DNA from: Ylistrum balloti
Lineage: Eukaryota
Direction of reading: 5' to 3'
Assembly: GCF_031769215.1 (NCBI RefSeq)
Contig: NW_026782138.1
Span: forward strand, 248,001-312,000
Length of the DNA: 64,000 nucleotides
Within the stretch, counting starts at the first letter, position 1. Every line of letters begins with the position of its first letter. Shown here in pieces: positions 39,401 to 52,800 of this stretch. The notes beneath the pieces were generated by a model that saw only the letters and a list, made by a program, of their open reading frames with translations, was not told the origin of the DNA and ran no database searches. The position numbers were made by a program, and so were the translations under genes.

Positions 39401-40499
39401 TATAAGATTAATCATTTTGACATCGTGTGTTGATTCTATTTTCTTATGTGGTGATGCTGTTATGTCGGGTTCGATATTCACATGCAGTTTACGTGTCTTT
39501 GAAATCATCAGATACAAAATATATTTAATTACGGGGTCAATACACCTACTTATGTCAATCTTATTTCGATCAATTCTGAGTTACCTCAGTTACCACCTTA
39601 TTCTAAATTTGTATTGAAATGTATTCTTCTTTTGTCTTTGATACTATATGTTAAGGGTAGTATTGTATGGTTTTGATATCGGCAGTTGATGTTACGGTAA
39701 ATAATGTGTTGATGTTGTAATGTATAGTTTTGATACTGTAGATTGAATGTAATATTAATGTTTTTGTTTTACTATGTGTAATGATGTTTTTGGCTATAAT
39801 TGAGATGGGTTGTGTTAACGGATTGATATTCATCATCTGCACTTTCGGAGGGAAATATCTTGATCAAATGTTATCAAATAATAGTCACGTGCTTTTATAA
39901 AAAATAAAATAGGACATCTAGTGCAAAAATAATTTTATTATCTTTTGAAACGAAATTTACACGTGATCCCCTGTCATTAACAATGAGCTGCCAAAACTCA
40001 CGGAAAATGATGAGAAATTTGACTTAAACCGAACCAAACAACCAACTCCTGGAATAATCTTAGCAGTTGTTTTATTTGTCAAATATAAGACTTTACGTCA
40101 TTGCCGAGTGATTTTCAGACTAATCTACAATGTGCGTATTATACCTATTTCCTAAAGCTAAACTCGAACCCTATATTTGGAAGTATTTGTGATTTTTTTC
40201 TTACTATATTCGCAGACTCTGTTGTAAAGGAAATTAAAAGCTAAGTGTTTCCTTTTACATCTAATCATTTCCGACAGAATTCACTTGGCTTCCAGGCAAA
40301 GAATGCAGATTGACGTTTGTTTCTGACACCCACAGCAGCTGCCGCTGCATTTCTACCTTACTCAATGATCCAACATGTTAAATAATTCTTGTATATGATA
40401 TATTTTAAAACACATTTTTTTTCAAAAAGTTTTGTTTCAAATCTGTCAATAGCAAATTGTTTTATTCTTAGACTGAAATGTTTATTGATATACATTTCG

Positions 40500-40810
40500 A
40501 ACACATCTTTTTATGCAAGGGTTGGTTTCTAAAAATAGTTAATGTCACACAAAGTTTTACTGTCGTCATAGTCATTTCCTTGATAAATACTCTATTTATA
40601 CGTTAGAGAAGCTATGTTTCTTATATATGCTCGTGACATTACTGTCTTGCATTCACCAAAATTTACATGGCGGGTGTCGTCGATGAAGCAGAAGACGCTT
40701 ACTCTTCCAGAACGCCTGATCTTATTTTCCTTGTTCGTTTTTTCAGTAGTCTCCGAGTGAATCTTTCTATTTTTAGTTTTTTGTCATAGTTATATGATAT
40801 GAAATTTGAA
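40500..40810 (+). mobile_element. Naiad-type RT C-terminal end plus 3' UTR
   Basis: LFMQGL...KFYCRHSHFLDKYS (approx. KFYGRHSDIIEKYS) is followed by tttacatggcgggtgtcgtcgatgaagcagaagacgcttactcttccagaacgcctga. Confidence 0.82.
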
Positions 40811-41492
40811 TTATGATTTTTTCAATCATAAAAAAATCTGAATATGTGGACGAAAACAAAAGTGGAGTCTAAATTGGGTACTACGGAAAATCTTAAGCAT
40901 ACACCAAAGAAATTTTACTAGATACTAGATACTCCGATTACCGTGAAATATTTCCAATGGTCATAACTACTTATAGGTATCCCTGGAATTCTTTATTCAG
41001 TAGCATGCGAATGATTCATTTCTTATTTACGTTACCGTTACCAGGGATCTCTGGACATTATGCCATTACTCCGAACAGCATCAACTCTGAACTCATGAAA
41101 TGGTTTATTAGGTTGCGAGGAATGTCTTTACATAGCCTTTGACCATAATTATTATGACTGTCAAAACACGAAAATTTCTTGACAAAGCATGAATACAAAT
41201 GTTCTTACCAAACCTGAAGGTTTGATATCCCAATTGTAGCTGAGGAAAACAAAGTTAGTTTACATGTCTTGTTGTTTTTGAAATGTTAGTATTTCTTTGG
41301 GATCTCCTGGTTTGCATTAAATCTTGATAATTCGTCAAAGGGTATTTGATTGTTTATAATGTCTTGATTAGGGTCATTGTTCCTAGAACGATTCTGTTTT
41401 GTTCTTTATCGATCAAAACGTAATTTCAAAAATATGGATTCCGTAGCCTCAACTAAAAACACCTTCAAGATTATGAATATGATTAAGAGATA

Positions 41493-41902
41493 TCCTTTTC
41501 GTGACTGGGTATATTTTCGTGACAGGGTATATTTTCGTGACAGGGTAAATTTTCGTGACAGGGTATATTTTCGTGACTGGGTATATTTTCGTGACAGGGT
41601 GTCTTTTCGTGACAGGGTATATTTTCGTGACAGGGTATATTTTCGTGACTGGGTATATTTTCTTGACAGGGTATATTTTCGTGACAGGATATATTTTCGT
41701 GACAGGGTATATTTTCGTGACAGGGTATATTTTCGTGACAGGGTATATTTTCGTGACAGGGTGTCTTTTCGTGACAGGGTATATTTTCGTGACAGGCTGT
41801 CTTTTCGTGACAGGGTAAATTTTCGTGACAGGGTATATTTTCGTGACTGGGTATATTTTCGTGACAGGGTATATTTTCTTGACAGGGTATCTTTTCGCGA
41901 CA
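41493..41902. repeat. 18-bp minisatellite, about 23 copies; consensus cgtgacagggtatatttt
   Basis: Directly visible tandem array. The (RDRVYF)n, (SRKYTL)n and (PVTKIY)n ORFs are its frames. Confidence 0.97.
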
Positions 41903-42319
41903 AACACAGTACGGAGACGAAAAACATTAGCAACACTTATTTTAAGAAATTTAGATAAAAACTTGTTTTTTGAATGACAGTTCTATCAAATATATGTCAC
42001 TCCTTTAAGATCGAGATGCTTGATGTCAAGTTTTTTGTAGGCTCTTTATTTCACGCGTTTGTGAAGCATTTTTAATATTGATTGAGTAAGATCTCAAACG
42101 TACCCTATACTAGAGGTCAAAGTCTCAGAAACAATATCGAAACAATGTAATTTAATTCAAAATGTAACTTTTCTAATAATACAATAGTCAATTTAATTCC
42201 TGTCATTTTTGCTGTACTAACCACGATTTCTGATTTTTGCAAGACTATATCCACATCACATCTGCCCCACTAACTTTAGTTTGATTCCTTCACTGTCTTT
42301 GATATAATCACAAAATATC

Positions 42320-42520
42320 ATCTGGCAATAATACTAAAATGGAAATCATCTGGCCTATCAAGATAATCAGCATCACATGAATAATTATTACATTAAGAAA
42401 TGTCATCACACTTACATTTGTACTATAAATCTTTGTTATGGTAATATATCCTACCCTTACAATGGATTGATATATCACACGCGTAGGAAACATTCCAAAT
42501 ATATCTATATTTACATTAGA
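42320..42520 (-). mobile_element. Possible very old Naiad-type RT remnant
   Basis: Minus-strand pieces occur in RT order: DIFGMFPTRVIYQSIV (approx. NIFV.FG..IYQQIIG), CDDIS*CNN (approx. IDDVLSLNN) and YLDRPDDFHFSII (approx. YDKRDDFNFSIV). Similarity is weak. Confidence 0.35.
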
Positions 42521-44673
42521 TAATTTAACTATTATTAGGTTTGGGATCGTCCACCATCTGTGCAATGCATTATCACATTTAGATGGTGGATACGTGTCGC
42601 ATTGGGTATCATTTCATATTCTTGAAACATCCATCGAAACAGGCAATCAATGCTCGATATATCAAGTACAATTTTATATTGTGTAGGTTGTATTTTTAAT
42701 CTTTGCTGTATTGTTAAGTCTAATTCATGACTTGTTCTAAATAAGTATTGAAAGGTGCCAGTTACATTTGTGGTTTATGTTTTTACAAACTTAGAAGTCT
42801 ACAAATAAAACACAAGGAAATAAGAAATACCCAGTAGTATTCTCACACTCTCTTATTAAAATGAACATTAATATATCTTAAATTAAACTTGAAAATGGAT
42901 GTATGCACCATCACCACTTTTAAAAGTTCATTCAGGAAGAAATTTCTGCACGGACATGACAGGAAATTGTCAGATGTCCATGATGTATTCTTACACATAA
43001 AAAAATGCATTATGTTATGCTAACAAAGTTCACGGGTTCCATCGATAATCTCATCAGGTCTGGCCGTTAATGGCCGAAATTCTATTAGGGGCACTTGTAA
43101 ATGACAATGTCCGGCCTATCAGATCCAGAATAGGGATTATCATTGCGGCTCGGGAAATTAAACCGTCCAGCTAGCCATTATTGGTCATTATTTACAGTTT
43201 GAGCTGTGGATTTGGAGCTACCATGTCCATCCTTCGCAAATGACCACACGGATCAGTCAACTGGTATCGAAACATAGGCAGCGGCGCTCTACATAGAAAG
43301 TACTCTGGTATCTCTGATTCCCATGTGTTGACAAGTCTACTGTTGTGTTGACATTGAAACAACCTTTAACCTCTATAGAACTGGTAGAATAATTGAACCT
43401 CTCACGAAAATTTACATCTGAATTATTTCGGTTTTCATCTCACTGTAGATAATAGTATATGTGTCTGATTATCAACAAAACCACTGACAAATTCATTAAT
43501 CTAATTAGCATCGTCGTGGAACGTCATTCACGGATACGGTAATAAATTAGATAGGATTTCGCGCAATACATCGTATTGGGATCATCAAAAAGCTTGAATC
43601 ACATCTCGTAAATAGTGAGTCATGCTAGTAACAAACTCAATGTCCTTAGATACGTGATGTATAGGGTTTACTTGATAACAAACACTGTAGAGTGCAGTCG
43701 TTGCATATATATGATCAGTCTTAAAACATCTGAAGGGTTCATTAGGAATTTTTCTCTTTCACATTCGACTCGGTGGTGTCTGGTGTTCAACGAAAGAGTT
43801 CCATTATGATATGAACTACAGAGCCCAGTCTGACCTGGGCCATCTGACCGGATATACTTTATATAATGGTAGATCACTGACATGTCACTGTAAATCGCAT
43901 GTTCTATATAAATAACATTTCCACTCAAACATTTTCTTACGTCTGATATTTTGTGTTTAACGGTAAGATACTGTCGTAATTTACCAGAGAACGATTTAGG
44001 AGGCCTCTGAGGGGTAGGACTGTCTGGTTTGGATCGAATATCTGAACACACATTTCACAGATTAAAGCTCGAAGTGTTCAGTATCAGAACGCCACATCTC
44101 GGAACCGTATCAAAGATGACATTTGATGCATGAATAAGACAACAATGTCAGGTAGATAATTTGTTTCAGTCCATCAATAGTCGTCCTCTTCCCAAGATTG
44201 CTTCATTTATGATGGGATAAACCGGTGGAGCATTGACACCGATACTATGTATCAAGATAGTACCACTAATCCTACTGGCCATGAGGTGAATATGAACACT
44301 TAAAAACCCAGAGTTAGACATATTGACCGACACTAGATGTAGGTTAGTATCAAGATCAGAGGTTAACAGATGCTCGTATATTGTGGAGCTAAAAACGATA
44401 TTTAGAAATATATAAGTATATTAAATCGAAACTAGACATGCAATTTATTATTTCAAAATTATCTCATCACAAAATTCTGGATCAGCCCGTGGTAAATTAT
44501 AGCCGATAAAAACTACGAATTCTAAAAAAGTCAAAATAATTGAATCACATCATTTTAAAATTTGGTAACTCTGATACAGTGTATCACATTTTCCTTTTTG
44601 AGAACATTTTGTTGCTTTGTTCTTACATTAAAAGGAATTAGAAAACCGGGAAAACCAATAAATTAACACGTTC

Positions 44674-44716
44674 CCGCGTTCCTGAAGGAGAAGCGTCTTA
44701 TTTTTCATCAACGCCC
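44674..44716 (-). mobile_element. Short 3' core fragment of the Naiad-type repeat
   Basis: The reverse complement gggcgttgatgaaaaataagacgcttctccttcaggaacgc matches the hairpin core. Confidence 0.5.
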
Positions 44717-45559
44717 CTCCCCCATCCCAACCCATTCCCATTTGTGTTTAAAACAAATCAAACAATACCCATGTGCTCAAAGCAAGACTATTACAGAGAC
44801 CTGAGGTTACGGTTCTGTCTGCTACTTCAAAGCTACCCCGCCTAAAAATAAGCCTTGCTGTTCACTAGATAAAGAACCTATTAACCACACAAACAAACAA
44901 ATTGCTGGTCTGATAGGTTTTGACCTAACAGTGATGTACACAAAAATAAATTTCAAGCAGTAATGTTCGAACAGCTAGAACGAGTTAAAGCAATCAGCGA
45001 ACAGATCTGCTCGAAGACAAATAATCTCGTACTGAGGCTAGAAACATCATCAAACGCTAATATGGGCTTAAAACCAGACAGTCAAGCGTTTTGATACTGT
45101 CATATTTTATGAGAGTAGAGGCGAATTCGCGCTATGAGATACGTTCACCCGATAAGACTAACAAAAATAGTTACAAGAACGCCAAAACAGACGTAATCAA
45201 AGCAGGTCTAGGCAACATCTGTCCATACAGAGCTGTAAGCACAATATTCCATATAGCGTGTGTGTACTTTCATATGTCGCCTACATTATTGAAAAGACAG
45301 ATCGTATAGGCAATAAATATGTCGTTGTTCGATATATTTCGATTTGTTAAGAGGCATCTGTGAACTTCCGCCCAACCCGCAGACAAGCACTGTCAATGCA
45401 GATATTTAAAAAAAAAACAACATTAATACATGTCATAGAATACATGCACAAGACAGCTGCTGAACTTGATCATAATCATACATACAAATAGCTATTTTAC
45501 TGTGTATTTGCTTTTTTTTTTCTGAAAAAAGTCTATGATTATTTCTGTCTTTCTAAAGC

Positions 45560-45830
45560 TACCCGTGTTTGATATTTGTTGGTTTGCCTGTTGAATCCGT
45601 TATTATATACCCTATTCTCATTTGCGAACGTGACAATACTTTATCGTGTTGACCAAGATTTACATGTCGGGTGCCGTCGATGAAGCAGAAGACGCTTACT
45701 CTTCCGTAACAACTGGTCTTATTCTCCATGTGCTCCGTGTAAATCTTTCTTTTATGAAAATTTTGTCCTAGTTTTATTGAATTAGAGTTTGAATTACGAT
45801 TATGTTGACATGCTGGTATTTATTTTTCTC
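45560..45830 (+). mobile_element. 3' UTR fragment of the Naiad-type element
   Basis: gtttgcctgttgaatccgtt...ctcatttgcgaacgtgac...tttacatgtcgggtgccgtcgatgaagcagaagacgcttactcttccgtaacaactgg plus the T-rich tail. Confidence 0.85.
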
Positions 45831-46310
45831 TTGTCGAGTGAACCAACCGCGTGAAGGAAACAAATTAGTGTGTTCAATTTTAACAAAATAAAACCATTTT
45901 GACAACATTTGTTTTTTAAAATTTCACATTTTTATACATTATTGTAAATTATTTCGTCATTCAAATTGAATAACATGTCACCGAGTTATCTTTCACAGCT
46001 CCGATGCCCTAAGGAGTGTTGCAAATGGATAGTAATAAAATGAACGGAAAGTTTGGGAAATAAGTATCTTCAAACATCAAATGTTATTTTCATGTGTGTT
46101 AGAGGAGCTTATATTGATGTTTAGTAAGCAACATATACTTTTAGGCTGCACTGTTTTATCTTGAGTTTCATTCTTCTGTTGTCTTCAGGAGTATTTGATG
46201 TTTTTATTGTTTGATTCTATTTTCACTGCATTTTTATAGTGGTAGGAAAATCACAAAAGTACTTATCTAACGACAAACTGACGTCATCTAAGTTTGATGG
46301 GAAACTTTAT

Positions 46311-46370
46311 AGTACATTTATAATCCACTTATAAATATAGAAGTACATTTATAATCCACTTATAAATATA
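46311..46370. repeat. Local 31-bp-period direct duplication (agtacatttataatccacttataaatata x2)
   Basis: Exact 29-nt copies start at 46311 and 46342. Confidence 0.9.
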
Positions 46371-46659
46371 TACATTAACATTATAACATTAAATATTCAT
46401 AACCACTAGATCATCATCTGTATCCATTATATTCACCTGTAAAATGCAACCAATTGTTTAATTCATTAACTGTTACATTGACTTATCTAAGTTGTGTTAA
46501 AGCTTCCGCATTCTGGACTTCACATGTCACAACTTTTCAAGAACTTGTCCTTCCTAAGGATAACCTCCCAATTTTTTGTCTAAGAATCTTACGCCGCGGA
46601 AAAGTAGCTTTCAGGAAGACGTAATTAATGATTATGTAATTTTGGAGTCTACCTCTTCT

Positions 46660-47115
46660 GCTACAGCACATCTCGATTTTGACGAACATACTTTCTAGAT
46701 ACCTCATAAAGTTTATGACCTGTATACAAGTACTTTCCAGTACCTGCGATTAGTGGTCACCTACAAAATTTCCCGTGTCTAAGATCGATGATGACCTACA
46801 AAATTTCCTGTGTCTAAGATCGATGATGACCTACATACTTCCCTGTGAGTTAGATCGATGGTAACCTTCATACTTTCTTGTGCCACAGATGGGCGGTGAC
46901 CTAAATATTTTTCCAGTGTCTGAAACCGACGCTGACCTACATACTTTCATGTGTCTGGGTTCAATGGTGACCTAAATACTCTCCTGTGTGTCAGATTGGC
47001 AATGACCTACGCTTTTTCCTGCATCCGAGACCAACGTTGACCTATATATTTTCCTGTGTCTAGGAATGGTGACCTACTTCTTTTGCTGCACTTAAGGTCA
47101 GCAGTGAACTATGAA
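46660..47115. repeat. Degenerate 35-bp tandem repeat, about 13 units (gacctacatactttcctgtgtctaagatcgatgat-like)
   Basis: The gacc-like anchor occurs at 46793, 46828, 46863, 46898, 46934, 46969, 47004, 47039, 47071 and 47106, with more decayed units to the left. Confidence 0.88.
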
Positions 47116-49679
47116 CCGCCGAGTTATTACGTCAACAATATGGCAGGTTCTATAGATCTTTGAATTATGTAGCTACATGTAGCTGATGATAAAAGGTGAT
47201 AAATGTATTATCGACTGATCATATCTATATAAATAAGTAATTTATAAGTAATGTCACCATGAGTCAGTGCTTAACACGCAACAGTGATTTTAATGTTCTT
47301 TTTACCAGATGCAGCCTATTGAAATGTTGCTTCTGCAGCATTAATTATTGAGAAGGCCTTTTCTATTTCTGTCTCTACGGTTATACCCCACCCATAACAC
47401 GCAAACGTATACCAGTGTTCACGTGTGCTACCCTTGAACAAGTTACTCACAGTCACGGGACGGTGTCCTGGATTGTACTTTAACTTGTGTATGGTGGTTT
47501 CTAGGGGGAAGTGCAGTGTCAACAGACTTATTCCATGATACATTGTATATTGTACATACAATGGTATTTCATTACTGTTAAACTTCGTTTTCAAGTCATG
47601 TCATTCAATCATTGAGCTCTCCCTACCAGGAAGTACAATTTATTTCAATATCATCTCGTGCATGCATTGAAACACAGGTGAAAAATTCATTCACTAGTAA
47701 TAAATGGTTTCACTCTACAAAGCTCCCTCCTTAATTCACTTAATTTTATTTTTTTTTTTTTTTTTTTTTTTCTTTTTTTTTTCATTTTATTATTAAATTA
47801 ACGGGATGACTTTTACGCTTAATATCCATTAGGCATGTTTGTCTTGTTGAATTTAGTACCCATATCACCATTTCTGTAATGTTGATTATGGAAACTTTTC
47901 TTTTCTTTTCTGAAAGACAAAAAAACTGTAACTTATTACATTATTCATGCACGTGACCATGGTTTGAGTGAAAATCGTGAAGCATTAATGCTTGAATGCA
48001 CTTTTTGAGACAGAATACAAGACACATAACATCGCTGAAGGATCAAGGTTACAGTCCTGTCTGACGAGTTACGATTCACATCTTCTCTATGAAAAGGTTG
48101 ATATCAATATTTCATATTTCCGAAGAACGGCGTCGAAGAAATTTCCTAGACTGTCAATGTTTGTAATGAGAACTCGACATGAACAAACGGAAACAAGCCT
48201 TAGAATAGACAGCTTTGCAAACAATCAGATAAGCCCACACAAACCATAACTTCGTTGCCAATCCAATCCTAATTCATCATTGTCCTTCTTACTTTTTATC
48301 GAAAAGAGAAATTCTAAATTGGTATTGCTTTTTCGAGCTAAGACGTAACAAGAATTTGCACTTTAGCAATTTACAGCAGAAAAAAATCTCTGCCGCAATT
48401 TTAGATTATGAAATGGCAAAAATGGTTTCCATCTTGAATTCAAAAGCTGTTAGTGGATTGTATTTTGATTCAATTATTTGTGTTTTAAACATGTCTTGCA
48501 ATAAATATGGATGATTTACAGTGGTATTATGGCATATTAACTTCCTCAAGTTTTGAAAGCGTGCACTAGTAAATAATAGTGGTCACTATCCTGTTTTTTT
48601 CAAAGTAATGTTTGCGAAACATAAAAGGGTTTTAATTTTTCTGAAGTGAGAAACTTAGTACCCATTAAAAGCTGTCGACACCCATAGTACCTGATTCAAC
48701 ACTAAATCTCCCAATGCTAAATTCAGAAGCCTAGTGATGCCAAGACCGTTATTTTTAGATGACCCAAACATTTGCCAATGAGAATCTTGTCACATTCTCT
48801 CTTGCAATTCTATACCAAATTCCAATTTGACCTTCTATAAAATCAATGTTGACCTTTCTCAGAAATCACGCATGACCTTTACAGCTTTGAAATGCTAGCT
48901 GACTAAGTGAAATGATCCTTGTTATATACCTTACAACAGGGCGCTGAACTTTTTCGTATTCCATTTTATGGTATATAGTGTGTAATTAGCGCATCAGGAT
49001 GGATGGCATAGTGGCAGGGTTTGGAAGTCCCGACATATCTTCTCGTCTGATATATGGGGCGAGGCAGTGAAACACTAGTCACGTGGTCAATTGGGGACGT
49101 CATGGTGACACATAACCTTTAGCAGGTTTAACTTTCCATGTTTGATAGGTAGTGTGAGGTTTATACAATCAATGATTCCTACATCTAAGTACCGTCTGGA
49201 GGCAGTTAGACCAGAAAGTTACATTCTCTGCTGTATTATACATGTAACATCAACCTTTATATTGACACTCCGTGAGAAGAATAGGAGTAATATATTCTAC
49301 AGGGAGAGAGACAGAGATAGTGAAATAGACAAATAGAAACGAATAGACATTCTATTATCACTAACTTTAGTATACTGTAAATAACATTTATGACATGGTT
49401 TTCTGACATTTAATATCTAGCATGTATATTATTGACGCATTGTTCAAATCACACAAATATGTAAAATGCTACACTATCCTTCAAAGTCATATTCTTGAAA
49501 GTTCTTAAATGCAATGGTCATAAATGTAACTCAATAGCACTTACTTAATCATAACAAGTATTCACATAATACAATTTAATGATAAAGAGCAGATTCAAAA
49601 TTTATCATAAACATACAAAAAAAATCCATTTACTTCCATATTTGGTACCATTCCAATAACAACAACGAAAATACACAGA

Positions 49680-49850
49680 TATTACAATTCAAACAAAAAC
49701 TTCAATAAAAGGGGAAAATATATACAAAAACCGAAACTAAAAAAAACGAACACAAAAAACTAAATTTATAGGGAGATTCCTGTAAAAAGTTCAGGTGTTC
49801 TGGAAAAATTAGCGTTTTCTGCTTCGTCGAAGACATCCGCCAGAGAAAAA
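49680..49850 (-). mobile_element. 3' end fragment of the Naiad-type element
   Basis: The reverse complement ggcggatgtcttcgacgaagcagaaaacgctaatttttccagaacacctga matches the family core, and the A-rich tail on the plus strand lies to the left. Confidence 0.7.
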
Positions 49851-52800
49851 TGCGGCATTCATCCGCTTTGATTTGTCAAGGTATCTTCTTACAAGCTATG
49901 TGCCAGATGTATACATACGTTTTCTGTTCAGATTGTCTCTGGTTTAGTCAGTTTACACTAATTACAATTTCGGTTATGTTTACACTTAATTGCTTCATTC
50001 TATTATTTCAATTTGTCATGAAAGGACAGTTCAATACTCTTCACATAAAGATGTTTACAATGTTGATAATTACCTGGATATGTCGGTGCAGTAATTACTG
50101 ATATTCCTTGGCTATGAGATAAAGTGCTGATTTCGGATTACGTCTCAAAAAAGGAGTCTCAAGTAGATCGGAACACGTTTGCAAACGTTACATTTTAGCA
50201 GACCTACATCGAAGATCTTACAATTACGATTTCTCTAAAAAAAAAAGTATTCATTTTAGTCATGTTGTTTATTGCCTACAAGTCTCTGTCGTTTATAACA
50301 TAACGACTATAAATTTAACAAGACAGTTAAATGATTATATTTACATTTCCTACCCATTTATCTTGTCTTACGTCAATTTTGACTTGATTTTAACGGAGAT
50401 AGATGATTCATTAGCGACTGTTGCAGCCGCTGTGTTGATGGTGATTCGTGGTTGTTTACAAAACAACAATACTAAGGCAATAACGGTCTCGCGCAGCGTG
50501 TCATTTATAGTACCTTAATCACACGTCTTTCTGAATACTTTATATATTTGAATTGCCGCACAGATGTAATATAATATATATACGAAAGTATTCATAAATA
50601 CCCACACAAGACAAAACATTACAAATTACACTAAAAAGATATGAAAACGTGCATATTTTGCAATTTTCCACACAGATGTGGAGATATTTGCAAGCAGCAA
50701 TGCATCAGCAATTTTACCACAGATACATAAAACATACACACAAAACTATATAGATATTGCATACACATGAAGTGTTCTGGTTTATAATCAGCATCGTCCG
50801 TGTGGCTATTACTGTTATCAAAGCCAACTGTATGACGGTGCCCAGGGTTATCTTGTAAAAAGTTATTCAAATGGACCTGTCTCTATTACGTACGTTATAA
50901 GTATGGAGTTTATGACTTAATGCTATTGATTGTGTATTTCCATTATTGCCTTGGCTAGCATCTTTCACCAGCCACTGTATCCAGCCTCCGTATCTTTACA
51001 TCAGTACTGGGTATACAAAGTATGACAAGCTTAGAAAATGCAGAGCAAGTCACTAAGTAGAAATCACTATTTTGACTGGGTTTATATCTATGGTCATCGT
51101 GCTAATTTTCAAAATTTGTCTCTATATTTCTGAATCATATTTCTAAATATGCTTTTTATTTACAACGCACTGATGCATTTCGTCATTGGTGAAGTTGACA
51201 GGAAGTTAGCCGTACAGACTAGAACTAAGATAATGATACAAGATGGGACTTCTTTACTTACACATCCTATTACTGGTAATTTCCTTTAGAGAATCACAAC
51301 AGCAGTTACTTTGTTTCTCGCCGGTTAAAGTTCCTGTTTATACCCGAGCCCGGCTGAATAGACCATATCATTGCTCTGCCTACCATTTCTGTGTTGAAGG
51401 TGACCCCCTTGGTATATCTTTGAGACCCTGGTATATCTGATATTGTCTTGTTTCGTCGATTAAGGTCCCTTGTGCCAATAAACAGTTGTAAAACACCCTT
51501 ACTTTAGACCTATTCCTGATTACCTTTAGTCTGAAGGTCACTAAACCTACTCTTGCTCAGACTCAGTAATCTTCATTATCACTAACTCGTTTGGGTTTTT
51601 TCTCGTGTTTTCTTTCGTTGTTTAATTTATTCCAGCCAGACTTACGCTATCTCATTATTGATTTTTAGTGCTTATCTTTGTTTATAACAGTGAGAAAACC
51701 TCTTTTTAAGGTCTCATCTGATAACACGAGAGGCTTAGTGTTTGAGCTCCATGACGTGACTGACGGTGCTTCATCAGCTGTCATTTTTTTAATTTGTTGA
51801 AAAGAGTCGTATGGAATAGAATAAAAAAAGACACACATGCATAATGCGTACACTTTGTATACGGGTTTCTTCTACGGTTCAAACGATCATTTCACTGACA
51901 GTATCGTGGACTTCCAGCAAAGCAAGCAAAATATTCTTAGAGGGAAAAAATCGAATTATAATTGATGAAAAATTGATGATTCTGGTATCGCGTGCCTACC
52001 GCATACCTGTCAGAAGGTCACAAAGGTAGCCATAGTTAAGGCAAGTATGTGATACTAAACACCAATATCCTGTCATTTTATTGTATAAGTAATCATAGTT
52101 CCCTTCGCGTTCTTATATCGTTTTAAATTGCTTAAGAATAAGTAGCATTCAACGTTCGATACGTTCTTGTATTATCAGACTAAATGCATCTAAGGTTCTA
52201 ATTCAGTCGGACAAAAATGTAGCATCGAAACTAATCGGAATTTCATCACAAAATTCATTTTATGTTCAATTCAGTGTTTTGTGAGAACACATTTTAATAA
52301 CTTAGTAGCCAAATGATATTGCTCTAATGGTATTCTTCAATTTTCATTATATATTACTTCTCAATCGATATACGTACCAGTAATGATATCAATACACGCA
52401 ATACTCATCTACTCACCTTTTTTCAAAAAGTCAACACTTTGTTAAGGTCCACATTTCCCCACATTATCCAGAGAAGGGATATGTATGGGGGCTGTACTTC
52501 TGCAGGGAGGGCGTGAGGACTGTGCCTGTTAACACCCCCTGCCTACAAAAAATGCAATGGGAGGCTAAACATTTAAATGTACTTTTTTCTGTCTCTCTTG
52601 AAACTGCCTCTTGTTCATTTTTTATTTGAACGTCTGTCCAATGTTATAGGTTCTATCCCCGAGCCGTGACATACCTTTACTAAGAACATTAAAGCGAAAC
52701 TGCCTGCTGCCTGCCTGTCGCTCAGCGCTGAATTGAACGCATAAATGTAACTGTACGGATGTTATGAACAGGTTATGACATTTCAATGTGTTGACATTAA

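Noticed and set aside
42550-42590. tccaccatct/agatggtgga 10-bp inverted repeat as a pre-miRNA or Helitron end
   Set aside because: The stem is too short for a pre-miRNA, and no CTRR follows.
43668-44051. 127-aa minus-strand ORF as a gene
   Set aside because: No recognisable domain or splice signals. A short stretch resembles the hammerhead-family flank (ccctcag..gcctccta), but no ribozyme follows.
47445-47480. Shared NPGHR peptide between the ORFs at 47316 and 50631
   Set aside because: About 14 of 17 nt are identical with no extension, which is consistent with chance.
51243-51440. 65-aa ORF with a hydrophobic N-terminus as a secreted peptide
   Set aside because: It is short, has no Cys pattern, dibasic or amidation signals or homology, and such ORFs are common in AT-rich DNA.
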